NCBI RefSeq assembly: GCF_009914755.1
Contig: NC_060927.1
Length of the DNA stretch: 64,000 nt
Source: the human T2T-CHM13v2.0 reference genome, Homo sapiens
Reading direction: 5' to 3' (one strand)
Shown here: positions 26,846 to 41,455 of the stretch, piece by piece
Numbering within the stretch: position 1 is the first letter of the stretch
Layout of the letters: every line of letters starts with the position of its first letter
The notes under the pieces: generated by a model
What the model was told of the DNA's origin: nothing
The model's database searches: none
Seen by the model: only the letters and a program-made list of their open reading frames with translations
Position numbers and translations under genes: made by a program

Positions 26846-28571
26846 CTGTGTGATGATTTTTGAGACATGTTAATGAAGGAGAAGCACACAGCCTCATCTG
26901 CCCATGCGCACGCGCACACACACAAACACACATGTGCATACACACATGGCCATACACCTAGGGTCATCCTGAAATGGGGACATGTGGCGGGCTCTAAGCA
27001 ATGTTCCTAGTGGAGGTGATGGGATGGGAGGGCAGAGGGGGCCCAGCTGAGGCCATGCTGCTCATGGTGGCCTGAGATGCTGGACTGCTCCCCCAGGCTT
27101 CCTCTGCCACATCCCTTCCACATTCCCCATCTTCCTTCTACATGAGGCTATTTTTCTGACATCTCCATCTCACAGGAGTGCAGGTGCATGCTCAGCGAAG
27201 GACCCTGAACTGTGCTTCTGGGGCAGTTGACACTTGTCTTCCTACTGGCATTTAAAAACCACAGATCTGGCCCTGCTAGCATTTTAAAAACCACAGATCT
27301 GGCCCATAGAAGAGTCTGGGGGCGTCTTCCCCTCACTCAAGCCTCAGTGAGGTGAAGACAATGAGTACAGGCTGCTGCATCCTGCCTACCTGCTTAGATC
27401 TGCCTAACTGCTATCATTGTGGAATAGGGCTCAGCCATCCTACCACAGATTCAAACCCAGCATGTGCACACTCTCCTTATGTCCTCTGGGACTCTTAGTC
27501 ACGACTCTTTCCTCAGTTTCAGCCTCAGCACCCCTTTACTCTCTCCAGCCTTCTAATTTCCCAGAACACAGCTCAGCCCCATTGTCCTGCTGGAGGGGCC
27601 ACCATAATCTTAGGGGACCCCCTAGAAAATGGATTTTGCCTTCAGGAACAAGTAATCTTCAGTCTCGACCTAAGCTCTGTGCCTGATTAGCCTCTGAGAG
27701 CTGGAGGGAGCAGGGCTGCCCCTAAAACTCAGTGGGGGAGGCATCTGTCCTCTCATCTCCCTTCTGGGGTTCTAGAAGTTCTGAATGTCACAGATCCTCC
27801 CTTTGTGCTTGAGGAAGGAGACAAAAGACTGAAAATGTGAAAGGGGGGCTATCTTTGAGATCAAGTGTGGGGACAGGTAAGGAGTCAGCTGTGCTGGGAC
27901 CAGAAGCCTGGGCCTTTGGATTTGGGCCTGGCCTGAAGAGACTTGAGCTTTTTGTTTGAGCATCTTTCCCTCTGTTCTGAGAGACAGTTTTAGCCTGGGT
28001 GGTCAGCTCGCTGCATTGAGGAGAGCCCAGTGAATAAGGAATCTTATTTTCAAGGAGGAGGAAGAATCAGAACTCAGACAAGATGGTAGGTCTGGGAGCA
28101 CTGGAGAGTAAACTCATAATGGTTGATTTGGAGCCATGCATCTGGCTACCTTTCCCAGAATCTCCTCTGCCCATGTCTTGGATGAATCTATGCTGGGTGG
28201 ATTTTCATTTCTGCTCAGTGGAGTTGACAATATTGGAAGGAATATGCTTCCAATGGGTGGGGATTTCTACTCAATACTGGAGTGATGATGGGACCAATTG
28301 ATGCTGGCTGTTTCCACCACTTGAGGCTGGAGACTCAACAACATGGTCAGCATCCTTGGCCTGGCCCGGAGGGGAAGGAGGGGCCTCCATGACATGATTG
28401 GACAAGACAGAGACTGGGACAAGACCTGGAGATGGAACAGACAGAGCCTACCTGGCCCATGCAGGCCTTAAGGATGCAGGAGGTGGCTGTCAGCACAGGG
28501 TGCGGACGTAGAAGGCACTCAATAACTATTTTGTTGAGTGAACAAATAAACAAAAAAAAAATGTGGCCTTA

Positions 28572-28811
<240 letters not shown>

Positions 28812-29716
28812 TCAGTCAGCTCCTGGCTCTTTGCCTGCAGAGGTCATGGGGCATCACCTATGGTTAAGATTCACACTGTGTGTGTGGTGGGCTCTTTCAA
28901 GATGCTTTCACCTCAGGACAGTGCTGGGGTGGAAACACTGCTACCTATCAGTTCTCAGGTACCCCAAACATCTCCAGGCCCACCACCTACTACCTGCCCT
29001 GGAGGGTCACTTCCTCCTTCTGTCTCCTTCTCCCCACTCCTCTACCACCCTTACAGATGTAGACATCAAACTCCAGGAGTGTTATCAGTGTCCATGATGC
29101 CACTACACACATTACAAAAATCACAGATTTTTTCATATCACTTTACAGCTATTGCAGCATTGTTGGTGCTCATCTCTATTTTATAAATAAAGTGGTTATG
29201 CAACTGCTTGCTAGATCTTGTTATTCAGTGTTCTAATAAAGTACACTCATTACTATACCACATATTTTTTTTCTACTTTATGCCAATATAATTGGTTTCC
29301 TTTGTGACCTCAGTGGGATCTTGTGGGACCTCATGCATTTCATTTTATGCATTTCAAGGCTTTATTTGGAATAGGTGTGGCACATGATGATACCAGACTA
29401 CTCCAGGGGTCTATGCTGCAAGAAAGGTTAAGAACCACTTTCCTAGAACTTTAGATTTCTCAAACTGGGTTCCAAAGGACCCTGACATTCTTTCCAGGGG
29501 CTGGAAGTGTGGCTATGGTGGGTGAAGGAGGCCTTTGGTCAGGATGGCTCTACTTTTATTTGTTTTATCTTTGGGGCTTCAGTGTCAGCTATTGTTTCAT
29601 GAGAGAGCCTTGTTGCTGCTTGCAGGCAGCCTCTCCACCATGCAGGCTCAGAGAGCAACTTGTCCAACAGCAAGCAAGGGCTTCAGAGGGAGGATAAGCT
29701 GAAGAGAGGGGAGAAA

Positions 29717-30135
29717 TATGGTCTATACACTCAATGGAATATTATTCAGCCTTAAAGAGAAAGAAACTTGAACACAGGCTACAACATGGATGAACCTTGA
29801 GGATACTGCAGTAAGTAAGTGAGCCAGCCAGCCACAAAAGGACCATAAATACTATATGATTCCACCTGCATGAGGTCCCCTGAGTCATCAGCTTCAGAGA
29901 TAGAAAGTAGAATGGTGGGTGCCAGGGGCTGGGGAAGGGAAATGAAAGTTAGTGTTTAATGGGTGCAGAGCTTCAGTTTGGGAATATGAAAAGAGTTCTG
30001 TGGATGGATGGTGGTGATGGTTGCACAAAAACGTGAAGGTGCTTAATGCCATTGAACTGTACACTTACAAGTGGTTAAAATGGTAAATTCTATGTTATGT
30101 GTATTTTACTATTAATATAATTTTAAAAATTGGAA
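29717..30135 (+). mobile_element. L1MB-like 3' UTR fragment
   Basis: caatggaatattattcagccttaaa...acatggatgaaccttgagg...tggttaaaatggtaaatt. Confidence 0.8.
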
Positions 30136-30790
30136 AAAAAAGCCCCCTGAAGCCATGGCCTCACTGGGGAAGCAAAGGTGACCCCAGGAGGACAGCTGGG
30201 ACCCAGTCTGGGAAGTAGACAGCAGCTATGCCCACCCAGTTCTAGCAGCGAGGGAATGCGGCACTGCTGGTCCTTTGTCCTTTGATTGGTGCTGGAAGAA
30301 TCTGGATGCTGGAAGGTTGGCTCTCCAGGCACACATTTTTTTTTCCTGTTTTTATTTTTTTGCTACTCTGGGTAGAAAGCTGTATATGATGCAGGACACA
30401 CTACCTTCTCAGATGGGGGAGTAAGAATTCCACCCTGGCCTGGCTGGACAGTGTCACAGAGGCCTTGACAGCCATGACAGTGACTCTCCGACATGCCATG
30501 CCTTGCTTCTGGAACTCACTTCTGCTTTTCAGAGTTCTCTTTTCTGTCCCCTCGAGACTAGGTGCCACTTCTTCCTGTTTTCAGCATAACTTATCTCTCA
30601 CTGTGTTTTGGTTTGCCTCAGATTTGAAGTCTATGTCAGGAAACTCATTAGAATTGTATCTAAAATAAGGGTTGAGGGGTTCTGGGTCAGACCTAAAGAG
30701 CTTGCCTTAAGCAAGGTATCTGTTTTCACTTTTTAAGTGGTATCACCCACCTTGTCCCTTTCCTTGTAGGATCTGAGTGATATCCCGATG

Positions 30791-30860
30791 TTGTGTGTGT
30801 GTGTGCCTGTGTGTGTGTGCGTGCATGCTTTTGTGTGTGTGTGTGTGTGTGTGTGTGCGC
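30791..30860. repeat. (TG)n microsatellite, interrupted
   Basis: Directly visible. Confidence 0.9.
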
Positions 30861-33800
30861 TTGCAACAATCTAGCCTCTTGGTCTCTGGGGTCTCAGGAT
30901 CTCAAAGTGCTTTACAGAGAGACAGACACTCTCCAGTGATTCCTTTCAGGCACGTAAATGCCAGCCTCTCCCTGCACAGATGCAGAAACCAAGTCATGAA
31001 GGCTCACAGAGGGGGTGTGCGGAACCCAGATTCTCAGATGGCAAGCTCTTTGGCCATTCCCAGGACAGAAGGACAGTGCTTTTTTTCCCCCTTGGCAGGG
31101 CACAGTGGGGACCACAGAATGAGCTCAGACATTGGCTCTAGGCTGAGCAGCCCAGGCCTGGTGGCTTCTCATCACAGGCAGACCCTGGAGCACCCCACCC
31201 TGCTCTGTCACCCTGCTGAGGGCCAGTAACAGGGCCTTGTTCATTATAATAACTTGCTGACAAGATGCCTCCGTGGGCACCAGCTCGGCTTGTTAGGGTG
31301 CTAGGAGGAGGGGCTGTTACATATCAGCATTAGACAGATAAGAAACTGGGGTCTCATGGCGGGTATCACTGGAGACTCTTCAAAGGAGAGGAAGGAACAC
31401 TACGCTGCATTCATAGGGCACAGAAAGCAGTAACAGCCACCCAAGCTGACCTCTGTAGAACACCTACTGTGTGCAGGGCACATGCTGCCCTCCACGCTCA
31501 ATGATCTCATCTAGTCCTCAAACTGGAGGAAACTGAGGCTCAGAGTGGAGGGGTGGACTGCCGAGTCACTCTGCAGGTGAGGGGCAGAGCCTGGACTTGA
31601 ACTCTCTGCTGTCCCTGAGCCTGTTGTCTTTGTTACCTTCCACTTAGCCTCCAGGGGCAAGGCCCTCACATTCTGGTCTGAGACACATTCTGCTCTGAGT
31701 AGAAAGGTTCGCTGGAAATGAAGGCATTGGTTCTCTGGCTTAGGTGGCAACCAAGAGGCTGCTCCCCACCTCCCAACCCAAGACAGGATGGAAAAAGATG
31801 CAGGGGGCCAATTTCCACCCACGATAATCAGACTCCCAAATCACCTTCTAATCTAATCACTCCCATCGCAGCAGGGAGCTGGCAGCTCTACACCCACATC
31901 CGGAGGCAGGGAGGTGGCAGGAGGACGTCAGGGAGGGGCTTAGGCATAGTGCGCTCCCCGCCCAGACCTGGAGATGCCCCAGGGTGTCCTCCAGAGCTGA
32001 GCAATAGCCAGGGCAGGGGAGACGGGGCATCTACAATCCCCAGTCCTCCCTCCCTCTGTCCTCCGGTATCCCCAAGCCTCTGCTCTTACCTGTCTCCCTC
32101 CAGTTCCAATCCCTTCTTCGAGGGTTTGGAGGGCTCCCTGAGGTCCAAACCACTCAGTCAGTGTCCCCTGGATGAGACCTCTGCCTTCTTGGCCCTGGAC
32201 ACTGAGTCCTGTCTCGTGGCCTCTGCCTTTGGAGTGTGCACAGTTCACTGGGCCTTGGTGTCTACCTCCCTGGCCTTTGCTCACAGTGATCACCTGAATG
32301 CCTTTCCCTCACCTCTTGCTCACAACCTCCTCCACAGGATGAATGCCCTTCTCCTTGGGTAGCCCTCCTGACTCCCACTAGGGGACTTCATCTGTCTCCT
32401 CTGAATCACCTGAAGTCTCCTCTGGGGGTGCTTCCAGGCCTGGCTCCTCAACCTGACCATGAGCCCCTTGAAGGCAGTGTCTGAGTGGGAGTGTCCTCTG
32501 GGCCTCCCCCGCACAGCCTGGTTTGGAGCTGCAACTCCAGCACAATTTTTTGTACTATTTTGAACTTTCCAGGGTGGGTATGTATTACATTTATAATTGG
32601 GAATACCAATGTCCCTAATAAATCATCTTTATGTTTTGCAGAGGGTCACATTCATCCCAGCTGTGCCCCCTCCTGCCACACCTCACTGGGCTGTGCCCTG
32701 TCCTCTCCCAGGCCCTCCTGCCAGGGGAAGACTCCAAAGGACTGGGGCATTCCCTAGACCGTTCCCCTTCAGCTCCACGAGTCCCCTGCAGAGGGCAATG
32801 CTTAACACCATGGCAGAAGCAATTAATGGCAGAGCAACAGACATCCAAGTCAAAGCGCAGTGGGCTAAACCTCTCAAAGGACGACCACAGGGGCAGAGGT
32901 GGGAACCTCTTGGGGATGGAGGCCCTGATAGGGCCTTGTGGGACCTCACTGTCCACAGTCCCTTGGGCAGCACTCTGTAGCCCCCACCTCCTCTAACTGC
33001 CCACAGAGCCCTTCAGAATACAAGCACGGGGAGGGGTAGAGAGAGAGCCCTGGACCCAGAAGAGGGCACCTGGGACATGGTGTCTAATTCTGATTGCTAT
33101 GTGACCTTGGGGCCAGCCCCTCTCCTCTCTGGACCTCAGTTTTGTCATCTGTAGAGTGGGGAGGGAGCTGGCTTAGGCCCCATATCTCAGCAATAGTGTC
33201 TTGACACTGTCTAAGGGAGACCAGCCTAGGGCATGTCCTGGGTAGGGTGGACAGCTACATCTCGGGAAGAAGAGGGTGTGGAGAGGCCGGCAGAGGCCCG
33301 TGTGGACAGAATGACCAGATGGCGCCCCCCTTCCCCAGCTCCACAGTCCTTCACTTGACGGACAGACATGGTGGGGTGTCAACTCCATGCCAGGCTCTCG
33401 GGTCTGAGAGAGGTCCCCCTGTGGTCCCTGCCCTCCAGGAGCTCACAGTCTAGCTGGGGTCAAGGAGAGCAGATAGGCACACAGATCCAGAGCAATGCAA
33501 GACAAAACCAAGCCAAGGACATGGCGGGCCGGAAGGGACACAGCCAGGCAAAGGTGGGAGGTGGTCCAGTGTGATGGTAGCGGGCGGGCCGGGCCAAAGC
33601 TCAGCGCCCACGAAGGGAGAAGGTGCCTGAGTGGAGGGTGACAGAGTGGAGTCTTTGCTTGGTGTTCAATAGGAAGCCGCTGAGAGTATTTTTGGGTGGA
33701 GGGGGAGGAAGGAAGAGAATATCTTTTGAGCATTCATGATGTGCCAAGTTCCATCTGAGCCACTTTTCGCTCAGCTGTCACAGTCTGTGAGGTGGTCAGC

Positions 33801-34754
33801 CTCACCCCATTTCACAGATAGGGCATCAGCTCAGGGGGTCACCTCTGCATTCAGCCCAGGAAGGCAGAGCTGGGATGGGAGCTGGTCTGTGGCTCCAATC
33901 TTGTGCTTTTTCCACCTTGTGGACAAAGTTGGTGGGAGAGCTGTCTGGGGCAGCCCCAAGGAGAGAAAGGGGGGCCAGAGCGTGGTGGGGAGCTGCCAGC
34001 TATCCCATGAGTGGGAGGAAATGGGAGCCCAGGCTCAGGGAACACTGTGGTTTCCGTGGATGGTACTGTCTGTCCTGTCCTGCCCAAGCTTCTGTCCCTG
34101 TCCTGGTCCTGTGGAGGGGATGTTCCTTGGTCTCTGACCTGGCAGCAGAGAGTGGCCAGGACCTTCCCAGCTGCAGGCTCAAAGCCCATCCTGGCCTTGG
34201 GCCTGTCCTGAACAGCAGGAGGTGGCTTTCCCTTGCCCTGAGCTGGTCTAGATGGTGGCAGTCTCGGAGTCAAAGCCTTCTGCTGTGGCTTGTGGGGTAT
34301 GCTGAGCCATAGGTAGCAGAACTGGGAAGCCTCCTTTTACAAAATGGGGTTTCTGAGCCCAGATAAGGCGAATGACTGAAGTTGCAGAGGGTGTAGGACA
34401 GTAGGGGCTGGACCTAGGGTTCCTTGATCTCTTGCGTGTGACCTTTTAGGCCTCTCCCTGGATAGGGAGAGGGGAGAGTTCATCTCTTCTAAAAGGGTTC
34501 CTTCAGTGGGGAGAGGCTGTGAAGAAGGGATGGAGGCTATTTCTGGGGGCTATTATCTGCCTCCAGGCACAAGCACTAAACAAAGCCAAAACGATTCCCA
34601 GCCCAGACACAGTCCTTCCATTATTATTGTTATTAATGCAGTTAATAACACACGCTCACAGAGCACGAGGCAGTAGGCAAAGTGTCCCCCTCACAACAGC
34701 CCCCTGAGGTAGGTTTTGGCGCAAGTTCAATCCCCAGCCCCTCCACCCACCACT

Positions 34755-34855
34755 TTCTGGCTCAGAGAGCTTGAGTGATGGCCCAGGGTCACACAGCTGT
34801 GAGTGGTGGAGCCGGGACTTGAACCCGTGCTCTATCCACTACACCCCGCTGCCTC
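34755..34855 (-). mobile_element. MIR SINE 5' part overlapping the miR-885 3' arm
   Basis: Minus strand GCAGCGGGGTGTAGTGGATAGAGCACGGGTTCAAGTCCCGGCTCCACCACTCACAGCTGTGTGACCCTGGGC follows the MIR head and core. Confidence 0.7.
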
Positions 34856-34896
34856 TCATGGAGAAGAGGCAGGGTAGTGTAATGGAGAGAGTGCGG
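34823..34896 (-). ncRNA. MIR885: pre-miR-885 hairpin (5p arm 34865-34886, 3p arm 34833-34854)
   Basis: Minus strand reads CCGCACUCUC-UCCAUUACACUACCCUGCCUCU-UCUCCAUGAG-AGGCAGCGGGGUGUAGUGGAUA-GAGCACGGGU. The arms are complementary and match miR-885-5p/3p as I recall them; miR-885 is known to be intronic in ATP2B2. Confidence 0.93.
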
Positions 34897-35599
34897 GCCG
34901 AGTAGCAGACTGGGCCTTCTGCAGTCACGGTGTCGTCCTAGGCTCCCTGGAGACGGTGGCAGTGGTGGCAGGTCCGGCTCTCCCATGCCTGGCCTTCTGC
35001 TTGGTGGGGTGGGCAGCAGGTCCTGGGATGTGGGCAGAGTCCCAAGAGGGTTTACCGATGTCCTGCATGACCTCATGCTGTTAGTGCTCTGGCTGGCAGG
35101 GGGAAGGGAGGAGGGTGTGTCGGGGTCTCGCGGGGGTTGAGCCATCGGGCCTGCTGGAGCCAGGCCTTGCTGTTTTTTGAAGACAGCCCCGCCATCCTGG
35201 CCCCCTGGCTCCAGCCCCTTCCACTGCCACATTGATGGCATCTAGTCTAGTCCTGCATTTCCCAGTGGAAGTTACTACAAGGAGGCAGGCTCCTGCATGG
35301 GGGCTACAGGAAGAGCCCAGAGCTGGGGTCTGGCTTCCGCCCTGCCCCTGCCCTCTGTGGGGCCTTACACTTCTGCTCTGGGTCTCAGTTTCCCCAGCTG
35401 CAAATTGGGATAGGACCAGGGTCCTCTAGGGATCATTGAATCCCCTGAAATGTTGCAAGATGAGGAGTCTGGGCATCTGTTCCTTATAAGAGGGGTCACT
35501 GCTTTAGTGGAACTCTCACGGAAGTTCATGACCTAGGAGGGTTTAAAAAACACTGGCTTTCCATGAAGACAATGAAAAGATGAGGCGCTGCTCCATGCA

Positions 35600-35990
35600 G
35601 GAGACCAAAGAGGCAGGACATCCAAGTGGCATGCAGGACCCCACATGGATCCTGGCCTGGAGAACGCTGCAGGCACAATTGGCAGAATGTGAATATGGAT
35701 GGCACAGCAGGTAACAGTACCGAATCAATGTCAAGTTTCCTGAATTGATGGCTGTGTTGTGGTTATGCATGAGAATACCCTTGCTCTTGGGAGACACACC
35801 TGCAGTGTCTAGCGGGAGAAGGCCATCACATCTGCATGATGAGGAGGAGAGTGAGATTTGTCAGAGAGCAAAGACGGCAAAAGGTTAGCAACAGCCGAAT
35901 CAGAGTGAAGGGCATGCCCGTATTCTTTGTGCCATCCTTGCAACTTTTCTGAAAGTTTGAAATTATCTTAAAATACAAAGCTAAAAAATA
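35600..35990 (+). mobile_element. Old L1MC/L1ME 3' fragment
   Basis: tcaatgtcaagtttcctgaattg...ttgcaacttttctgaaagtttgaaattat. Confidence 0.65.
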
Positions 35991-38900
35991 GGCCTAGGTC
36001 AGAGTTTGCACTCTAGGTCCCACCCATATGTGGCTTGACCCATAGGGACCTTAAAATGTGGGAATTTCTTGCCAATACTTAAACATTGAGAGCTGGTACA
36101 GGGAAATCTGGATTTCTGGCTCCTCTTGCAAAGTGAGCACTGAGGTCAGATTGGGCTGGCGCTTCTGCAGGCAGCAACAGGAAGCAGCTGTGGTTTGGGT
36201 TTGGCACCTGTGCTCTCCCTACCTGGCCCTGCAGACATATGAGTTTGCAATTTCTGAATATTTTTACTCTGTCCCGTTTGAAGATACACCAGACATGGGC
36301 TCGTGTCTGCCTGTCCGTCCCTGGAGGGTAGGAAGGTAGGGGAAACCTGCCTGGTTTTGATGATTTCCTTGGTGCCCTGAGTGTTGAGGTCATTTGAGTC
36401 TTTCTGAAGGCTGGTCTGCCCTCACTTGTCAGATGGGGAAACTGAGGTTCTGAGGGGCAGAGGCCACAGTGGGAGCTGTTGGAGGGCTGGAACCTGGGCA
36501 TTCTGCCTCCAGATGCCACATTCCTTCCACACCATACAGCACCTCACAACCGCAGGGTTTGTTTGCAAAGGACAGTCACACGTGTGCATGCCTGTGGTCC
36601 CCACAACAGCCCTGTGGGGCAGGCAGTGGAGGCCTCACCAGCTTCCCCATTGCACTGACACAGACACAGAGGCTCAGAGAGGTGAAGGGACCTGTCCAGG
36701 GTCACAGGCCAAGCATGGTTGGACCAACTGACCAGAGCGGAGTGTTTCCTGCCCTCTTCTAAGCTGAAACAGTGCATGAGATGACACTAGGGCTTTCTCA
36801 ACCACCATAACGACACCACAAATGCCCCCAGCCTGGTCTCTCTGTGTTGTTCCTCAAGGATCATCAGACTGGAAGGCCCAGCAAGGCCTCCCCGCTGATG
36901 TAAAGGGCCCATGGTGTCTGGTTGTGCATAAAAATGAGCATCCAAATGGCTGTTATGCAGGGAGTTCAGAACACTGGGGAAGAAACTAATCAAGGAACAC
37001 CCCCTGGGGGAGGCAGGCTGCTGCAGGCTGAAGGTAGGGAGGAGTTGGATGATGAAGAGGAAGGGGGTAGCCCAGAGAGGTGGGAAAGGGGAGACATTTG
37101 AGATGAAGGATGAGAGGGCGAAATGGACATTTCTGGAGGTTCCAGATTTCAACACAACCTCATGAGCTGGGGCTATAATCAGAAAGGGGGGGAAGCTTGT
37201 TGGGGGTCCCTGGCTAAGGAGTAGAGTTGGGATTGGAACCCAGTCTGTTTCACCCCCAAGTCCAGGCCTCACCCAAGGAATGGGGAAGGGAACCAACTCA
37301 TGTTGAGCCTCCCTGTGCAGCACTGTGCTAGGGGATCCACTTACATCATATCATGAATGACACTCCTATTGTCCTCCCAGGGAAATGGGCTCAGAGAAGT
37401 GAAGCCATGTGCCTGAGGCCACACAGCAAGTTCGCTTGAGAGCTCAGGTCCTGTTCAGCTCAGCCTGACACTCTGCTCAGCTTCTCCCCACTGCCTCTGG
37501 AGGACAGAGCCTAAGGTCTGCAGGGCCCAGGGGTGAGCTGGGCACAACCTCCTGAGAGCTTCCAGTTCAGAGCTCCCGGCTGCTCAGACCTGCGTGGGCA
37601 AGAGGATTGTTGCAGAAATGACACTACATAGTAGTGTCGTCTATCTGCATGTGGCCAAGGACAGCAGGGCCTATAAAAGTGAGACCAGTGAGATCCGGTT
37701 GGGTGGTGGGATGGTCGACAAATTTTGTTCTTCATTTTATTTGAGATGGTTTGTGCAGTGCAAAACTCAAACACCATGACGAGGCTGTGTCTGTTTGGGT
37801 CAAGCACAAAGTGGAGTGTCACAGGCTAAAAGTGGGTCCCAGGTGGTCAGGGGGTGACTGCCACAGGGCAGTGGTGGTCAGGGAAGCCTTCATGGAGGAG
37901 GTGGGGCTTGAGCAGATGGAAAAAAGTTAAGTGGGCAAAGAGGAAGAAATGAGACTGGGAAGAGAGGACAGCCTCAGCAGAGGCAGATTGAAGGGAGCAA
38001 GACAAGGTGGATCAGTAGATGGTGGGGGCAGAGTGGCAGACAGGGCATGGTGAATGTACTCTCAGGGCTGGGAGGGGCGCTGAATGCGGTGCCCATTCAG
38101 TAGGTCACCCTCCAACATCCCCACCTGCAGCCTGTCTACATCCTGCTCATAGACAGTCGGTGACGGGGAACTCACTCTCTTACAGGCAGCCTCTTTTGTC
38201 TGATAATGGTCCCAACTGTTACAGAATTCTCTTTCCAATTATACTGCTTTCTATGGAGCCAGCTATGCCCCTTTATCACTTTCTCCCTATGAGTTTGAGC
38301 TGAGCCACACTCCTTTGCCCTGCTGACTCCCACGCAATTGCATTTCTGATGCCAGGGCTTCAGGCTTGCCAAGGAGCTTCACTTTCTTCCATCTGGTTCA
38401 TCCTGTGTCCTGTGATCATCTTTCTGGATCCTGACACTTGCTTTCTTTTTGCCACTCCCTTGTGCTTGTGGGCTCTGAGAGACTGATGGGAACACTTTGC
38501 ACATTGCAACAGGATAGAGCTCCAGGGAAGGCCACTAGAAACCATCCACCAGATTACCAGCGACCCAAGAACCAGCACGAACCCACTGAGATCTCCAGGT
38601 TCCCGCATGCCCCTCTCCTTCCTGCCCACAAGGACATCCTGGAGACCTTGGCTGATGTCTCCTGACATCTAGACGCCCCAGGCGTCTTCCATCAACCCAG
38701 GCTTCCAGCCAGATGGAGACCAAGGCCGCTGGTTCAGCTTGGGCTCAGAGGGCCTGTAGTGGCTTTTTGCAGTCACCCCTTTCTCATCTCAGTGCTCACA
38801 GGCCACCATTCCAAGATGACTGGGAATCCTGCCAAAACCAATGCTGACCCCAGCAGCCCAGGCTTCACGGGACTCACTGGGATCCCTGCTGAGACACGGA

Positions 38901-40499
38901 ATGCCTTCTGTCTGTCCCCAGTCCCCTTGTCCTTCCCCACTAAGGGGTGAGCTCCCTTCTGAGTCTCCAAGGGCCTGCAGGCCTCAGCTCTCCTGGAGGA
39001 TCTCTTGGTCTCCTGGGACTTCTGGCCTCCCTGGAGACACACCGGCCTCTCCAAGTTTTGAGGCTTCTTGACAGAGAGTTGGCACACACAGCCAGAGAGC
39101 TCCCCAAGCTCCCCAAAGCACCTCCTCACTCTCCCCTTATGCTTCTTGTCCTGAAATCTCCTGCTCCCATCCTCTGCCTTCAGCATCGTCTTATTTTTGG
39201 CACCTCTGTTCCCTCTGGGCCCTCCTGCCCCTGCTCCGAGACCCGGCCACCCTATGACTCACTCCAGGCTGGCTGGTTGGCTTCCCATCCATCTCTGCCC
39301 GTCGTATCTTTTCCAGGGTCTCTCTGCACCTGTGCCCTCCTCCTTGGCTGGTTTGTGATGCTGTCAGGCCAGTGATTCTGAACATTCTCTCTCCAGCTTC
39401 CTGCCAGCATCCTCCCCTTTTCCCTCTTCCCCAAACTGTCTGAAGTTTCCATCTTCTTAGGCCCATGCCTGCCCCGGGCTTCCACATATCCAGAGGACAT
39501 ACCTGGCCACTGCCCCCAAGGATGCTCTGTCTGTCAACCACTTCATCCCGGAGGGCAGGACCAGGGCCACAGGGCTGTAACAATTTATTGAAATCTCATG
39601 TGGCCCTATGTTCTAAGAGGTCATTTGGGGCATTCCACGGTCTCTCAGTGAGACCCCGGGGGCTTTGCACTTGCTATCTCTCTGCCTGGAATACTTTTTT
39701 CTTCTCACTGTTCTGATTTTAGGTCAAATGCAACCTTTTCAGACAGGGCTTCCCTGATGAACTCAGATTCCTGTGCCTTTCCTGCAGGTCTCTATACCTC
39801 ACTACAATGGTGGAACATCTTCATCTGACTTACCATTATCTGAAGTTACCTTGCATATTTGCTTGCTTATTACTTTATTGGTTCTCTCCTTTACTAAATT
39901 CTAAGCTCCAGGACAGCAGGGACCTTGTTTGTTTCCTTAACCAGTGGCACACAGTATGTGCTTAACAATTGTTGGTTGAATAAATGCTGGATAAATAAAT
40001 GCCCCCACCTCTATTCTCACTCCTACCATCCTGTCCTGCAGACCTGTTTGTATTTCCAGGACATTCCACACTCCTTCAGACCTCTGTGCCTTTGTACATG
40101 GTTCCCTCTGCTAGGAGGGCCCGTTCTCTACAATTGGACTTGGAAAGCTCCTATTCATCCTTCAAAACCCAGCTCAACGCCACCTCCTCCAGGGAGCTCT
40201 GCTCCTTCCTTGGCTTTCTCACAACACCTTCCTCACACGTCTACTGTGGGATTAGCTGTTGGTAGGCCTGAATCCCCAAGGACATTCAGGCTAGGGGCTC
40301 CCATGGGCAGGGGCTGGGCCTGAATCACTGGTGGGTTGGGGGTGGAGATAGTCCCAGCACTTGGCCTGAGCACCCAGAGTAGCTTTGCAGAGGGTGTTTG
40401 CTGAGCACTGCTGGACAATAAGGCCTTTTGGGCGTCCCTGTGAAAAGGGGCCTCACCTGGCTAGTGTCTCACCCCTGCAGGGTTTCCCCACCTCTTCTC

Positions 40500-40960
40500 T
40501 GCCCCTGTAGCTGAGTGAGCTTGTAAAAATGTAAACATGATCAGCTCACTGCTTAAAACCGTTTCAGAGAATCCTCATCACACTGGGAGTAATTTCCAAA
40601 TGCTGACCATGGCCCATGAGGCCTGACCTGTGGCCTCTCCACTCTCTCTATTTCACTGCAGCCTCCAGCCAGTCCTGCTTCTGGGCTTTTGCCCCTGCTG
40701 TTTCCTCTGCCTGGTGTGTTCTTCCTCAGATAGTCACAAGGCCAGCTCCTCCTCATCACCCACACTCAGCACACCTTTGCCCTGTTTGTTTTCTTCACAC
40801 ACTTCTCTGCTCAGGAATTTTCACATCGCCTCCCTGCTCCTCACTCCGCCACAAGCTCCTCAGGGCTGGGCCTTCCCTGCCTCACTCACTGCTGCAGCCT
40901 TAGTGCCGGGCCCAGTACCTGGCACACAGCTGGTGGCCAGAATGCTTATCACCTGACTGA
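40500..40960 (+). mobile_element. L2 fragment (another L2 fragment at ~39660-40000)
   Basis: tcactgcttaaaacc...gggcttttgcccctgctgtttcctctgcctgg...gtacctggcacacag. Confidence 0.65.
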
Positions 40961-41065
40961 TTCTTTCTCATCTCTGATGAGAGTGGGCTTCGGTGTTCAG
41001 CTTTTTAGTAAACCAAGTCACTAGAAGGCCAATGCCATGAGGGCAGGGATGCTTTGTCTATTTTA

Positions 41066-41455
<390 letters not shown>

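Noticed and set aside
31718-32362. 214-aa plus-strand ORF and similar 100-190-aa intronic ORFs
   Set aside because: No recognisable domain, low-complexity Pro/Ser/Gly composition, and many non-ATG starts; expected by chance in GC-rich introns.
34805-34850. Possible tRNA gene (A/B boxes, T loop, ACCA end)
   Set aside because: There is no anticodon arm and the sequence continues into MIR core; it is a SINE head.
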